The position numbers were made by a program, and so were the translations under genes. The notes under the pieces were generated by a model, which was not told where the DNA came from, searched no databases, and saw nothing but the letters and a program-made list of their open reading frames with translations. DNA of 64,000 nucleotides from the human T2T-CHM13v2.0 reference genome, Homo sapiens. The stretch's first letter is position 1; every line of letters begins with the position of its first letter. The stretch lies in NCBI RefSeq assembly GCF_009914755.1, contig NC_060933.1. The stretch is one strand, 5' to 3'. Of the stretch, positions 62,331 to 64,000 are shown in pieces.

Positions 62331-64000
62331 AAGGATGAGGTTCACCAGGGGAGGGTTTGGAGAAGAGAACAGAGGGGAGGCCATCCCAGGCTTGGGATGA
62401 ACTTGTGCCTTATCTCACAACAGGCCATGTGTGAGGATCTGAGAGTCCGAGTGTTGGGCACAAGTTCAAGAGTCGGGCTAGGGCATCACCCAAAATGGAG
62501 AGATTCAGTTATCAAAGAGACTAGGCTGGATTTACCTCTGGAATCTGGTGGAGGACTTGGCTTTAGGTTGGGATTTTACCATCATCATGACCAAAGAATA
62601 CTTGGGGATAATAATGCCAAAGGGATGTGCAGGGCAAGAATGAGGTGGTTGGGAATGGAGGCAGACTGGGAATTCAGGTGGGCGGGGGGATAGCTGAAAG
62701 AACAGGCATGTGTCTTCTAAGTCTGGAAAAAAGATTGAGGTGGAATTAGAGGGCCTGAAGGAAAATTGTGTATGCAAGTGGGAGGAAGAGCCTGGGTCCC
62801 TGGAAGCTATCATCTCCAAGAGCATGTTCCATCTCCACTGAGGGCAGAATCAAAAGCCATGGGCCACACCTAAAGTCGAAGGAACTAGAGTGAGACATCA
62901 AGAAAGGCCTCCCAACAATGTGACAGGTGGTGGAGGGGAAGCACTGGGCCTTTTTCTCTGGAAAACTTGAGCAGGACCTAACTGGGTGCATACCTGAGCC
63001 AGGCTAACCCAGAGGGCACTGTGAGGCTCTGGGGTGGGAGTGTGGTACTAGAGCCCTGGAGAGGGTTCCTGCCTCTGCCTGGCTCCCAACTCCATCCTCT
63101 CACCTGCGAGGCTTCTGAGCTTCTAAGCACGCAGAAATGTCCTCTCTCCTGACCTCAAGTTTCTCCATCTTTTCAGAGTGGAAAGTGAGAGTATTTAGTA
63201 TTCCAAGGCCCCACCAGTCCAGGGGCCAAAACATGTTTACCACATCTCCTCAGAATATCAGTGCTCAACTCGGTTTTGTGGTGGCCTCAGGGTACAAGCC
63301 AGGAGAAGCAGAAAATACCTTTGGAGGTTATACAATTCAGTGGTTACTGCAGTACTAATGGAGTGAGGACATGGGTGGCCTGGGAGTTCTGAGGTTCCGG
63401 GGAGACTTACTTGTCACTGTATAACTTTTGGTGCCTTTTGAGTTTTGAACCATGTACGTGTATTTCTTATTCAAAAAACATAAAACAATTAAAATCAGAT
63501 GAAAGCAACAACAATAATAACAACAAAGAATAGGTCTAGGGAAGTGGGAACTTGATGCCTCCAATTGCTACCCTGAAGGCAATGACCTGCCTCCTCTTGC
63601 CCATGTGTACCCTCCTCCACGTCTGGCATCTCCATTCTCTAGAGGCTCAGAGAGGGGTGTGGAAGGCCTGATGTCACCCAGCATTTAAGACTAGCAAAAT
63701 TCTGGGGCTTAGCTGTCCAGACTCTCAGTGTTGTCTTTCTTTTCTGATCCTCAATGACCCCGTCTACTCATTGACCTCTCCATGTTTTTGGCAGAACTTT
63801 GCATATGCTCAAATCAACCTTCAATGGGTCGTTTTTAAAACTGTGTGGTCTTAAATGCCACCTTTCCCAGGAAGTAATCTCTTTTCACAAAGAGAAAGAT
63901 GACAGCTCTCCTCTCCCCCCGTGTGGTGTCTGATGGTTCATTCCCTCCCTTCCTGCCTCCCTCCTCCCTACCACCCTCTACCACTAAAGTGGCTCTCCAC

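Overview
Human genomic DNA (it carries an AluYb8/Yb9-type insertion, a human-specific subfamily) with no convincing protein-coding gene. Almost all listed ORFs are Alu-, THE1-, Tigger1- or GC-content artefacts. The left part (1-28.7 kb) is an AT-rich pile-up of transposons: about 28 Alus (some nested or trimeric), L1M fragments, several LTRs, a 2.3-kb THE1 MaLR provirus and a Tigger1 interrupted by a locally templated 0.4-kb duplication. A single ~2.2-kb SST1/NBL2 macrosatellite-like monomer (28.7-30.9 kb), ending in a CCAAT/E-box/GC-box cluster and a strong splice donor, sits at the transition. The right part (31-64 kb) is GC-richer and MIR/L2-rich. It contains an orphan CpG island (49.3-50.4 kb), several non-repetitive AT-rich blocks dense in homeodomain/TALE motifs (candidate developmental enhancers) and an RNY1 pseudogene. 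The locus was not identified. Repeat family names come from recalled consensus sequences, and boundaries are approximate. I found no novel coding system; the best leads are regulatory or structural.
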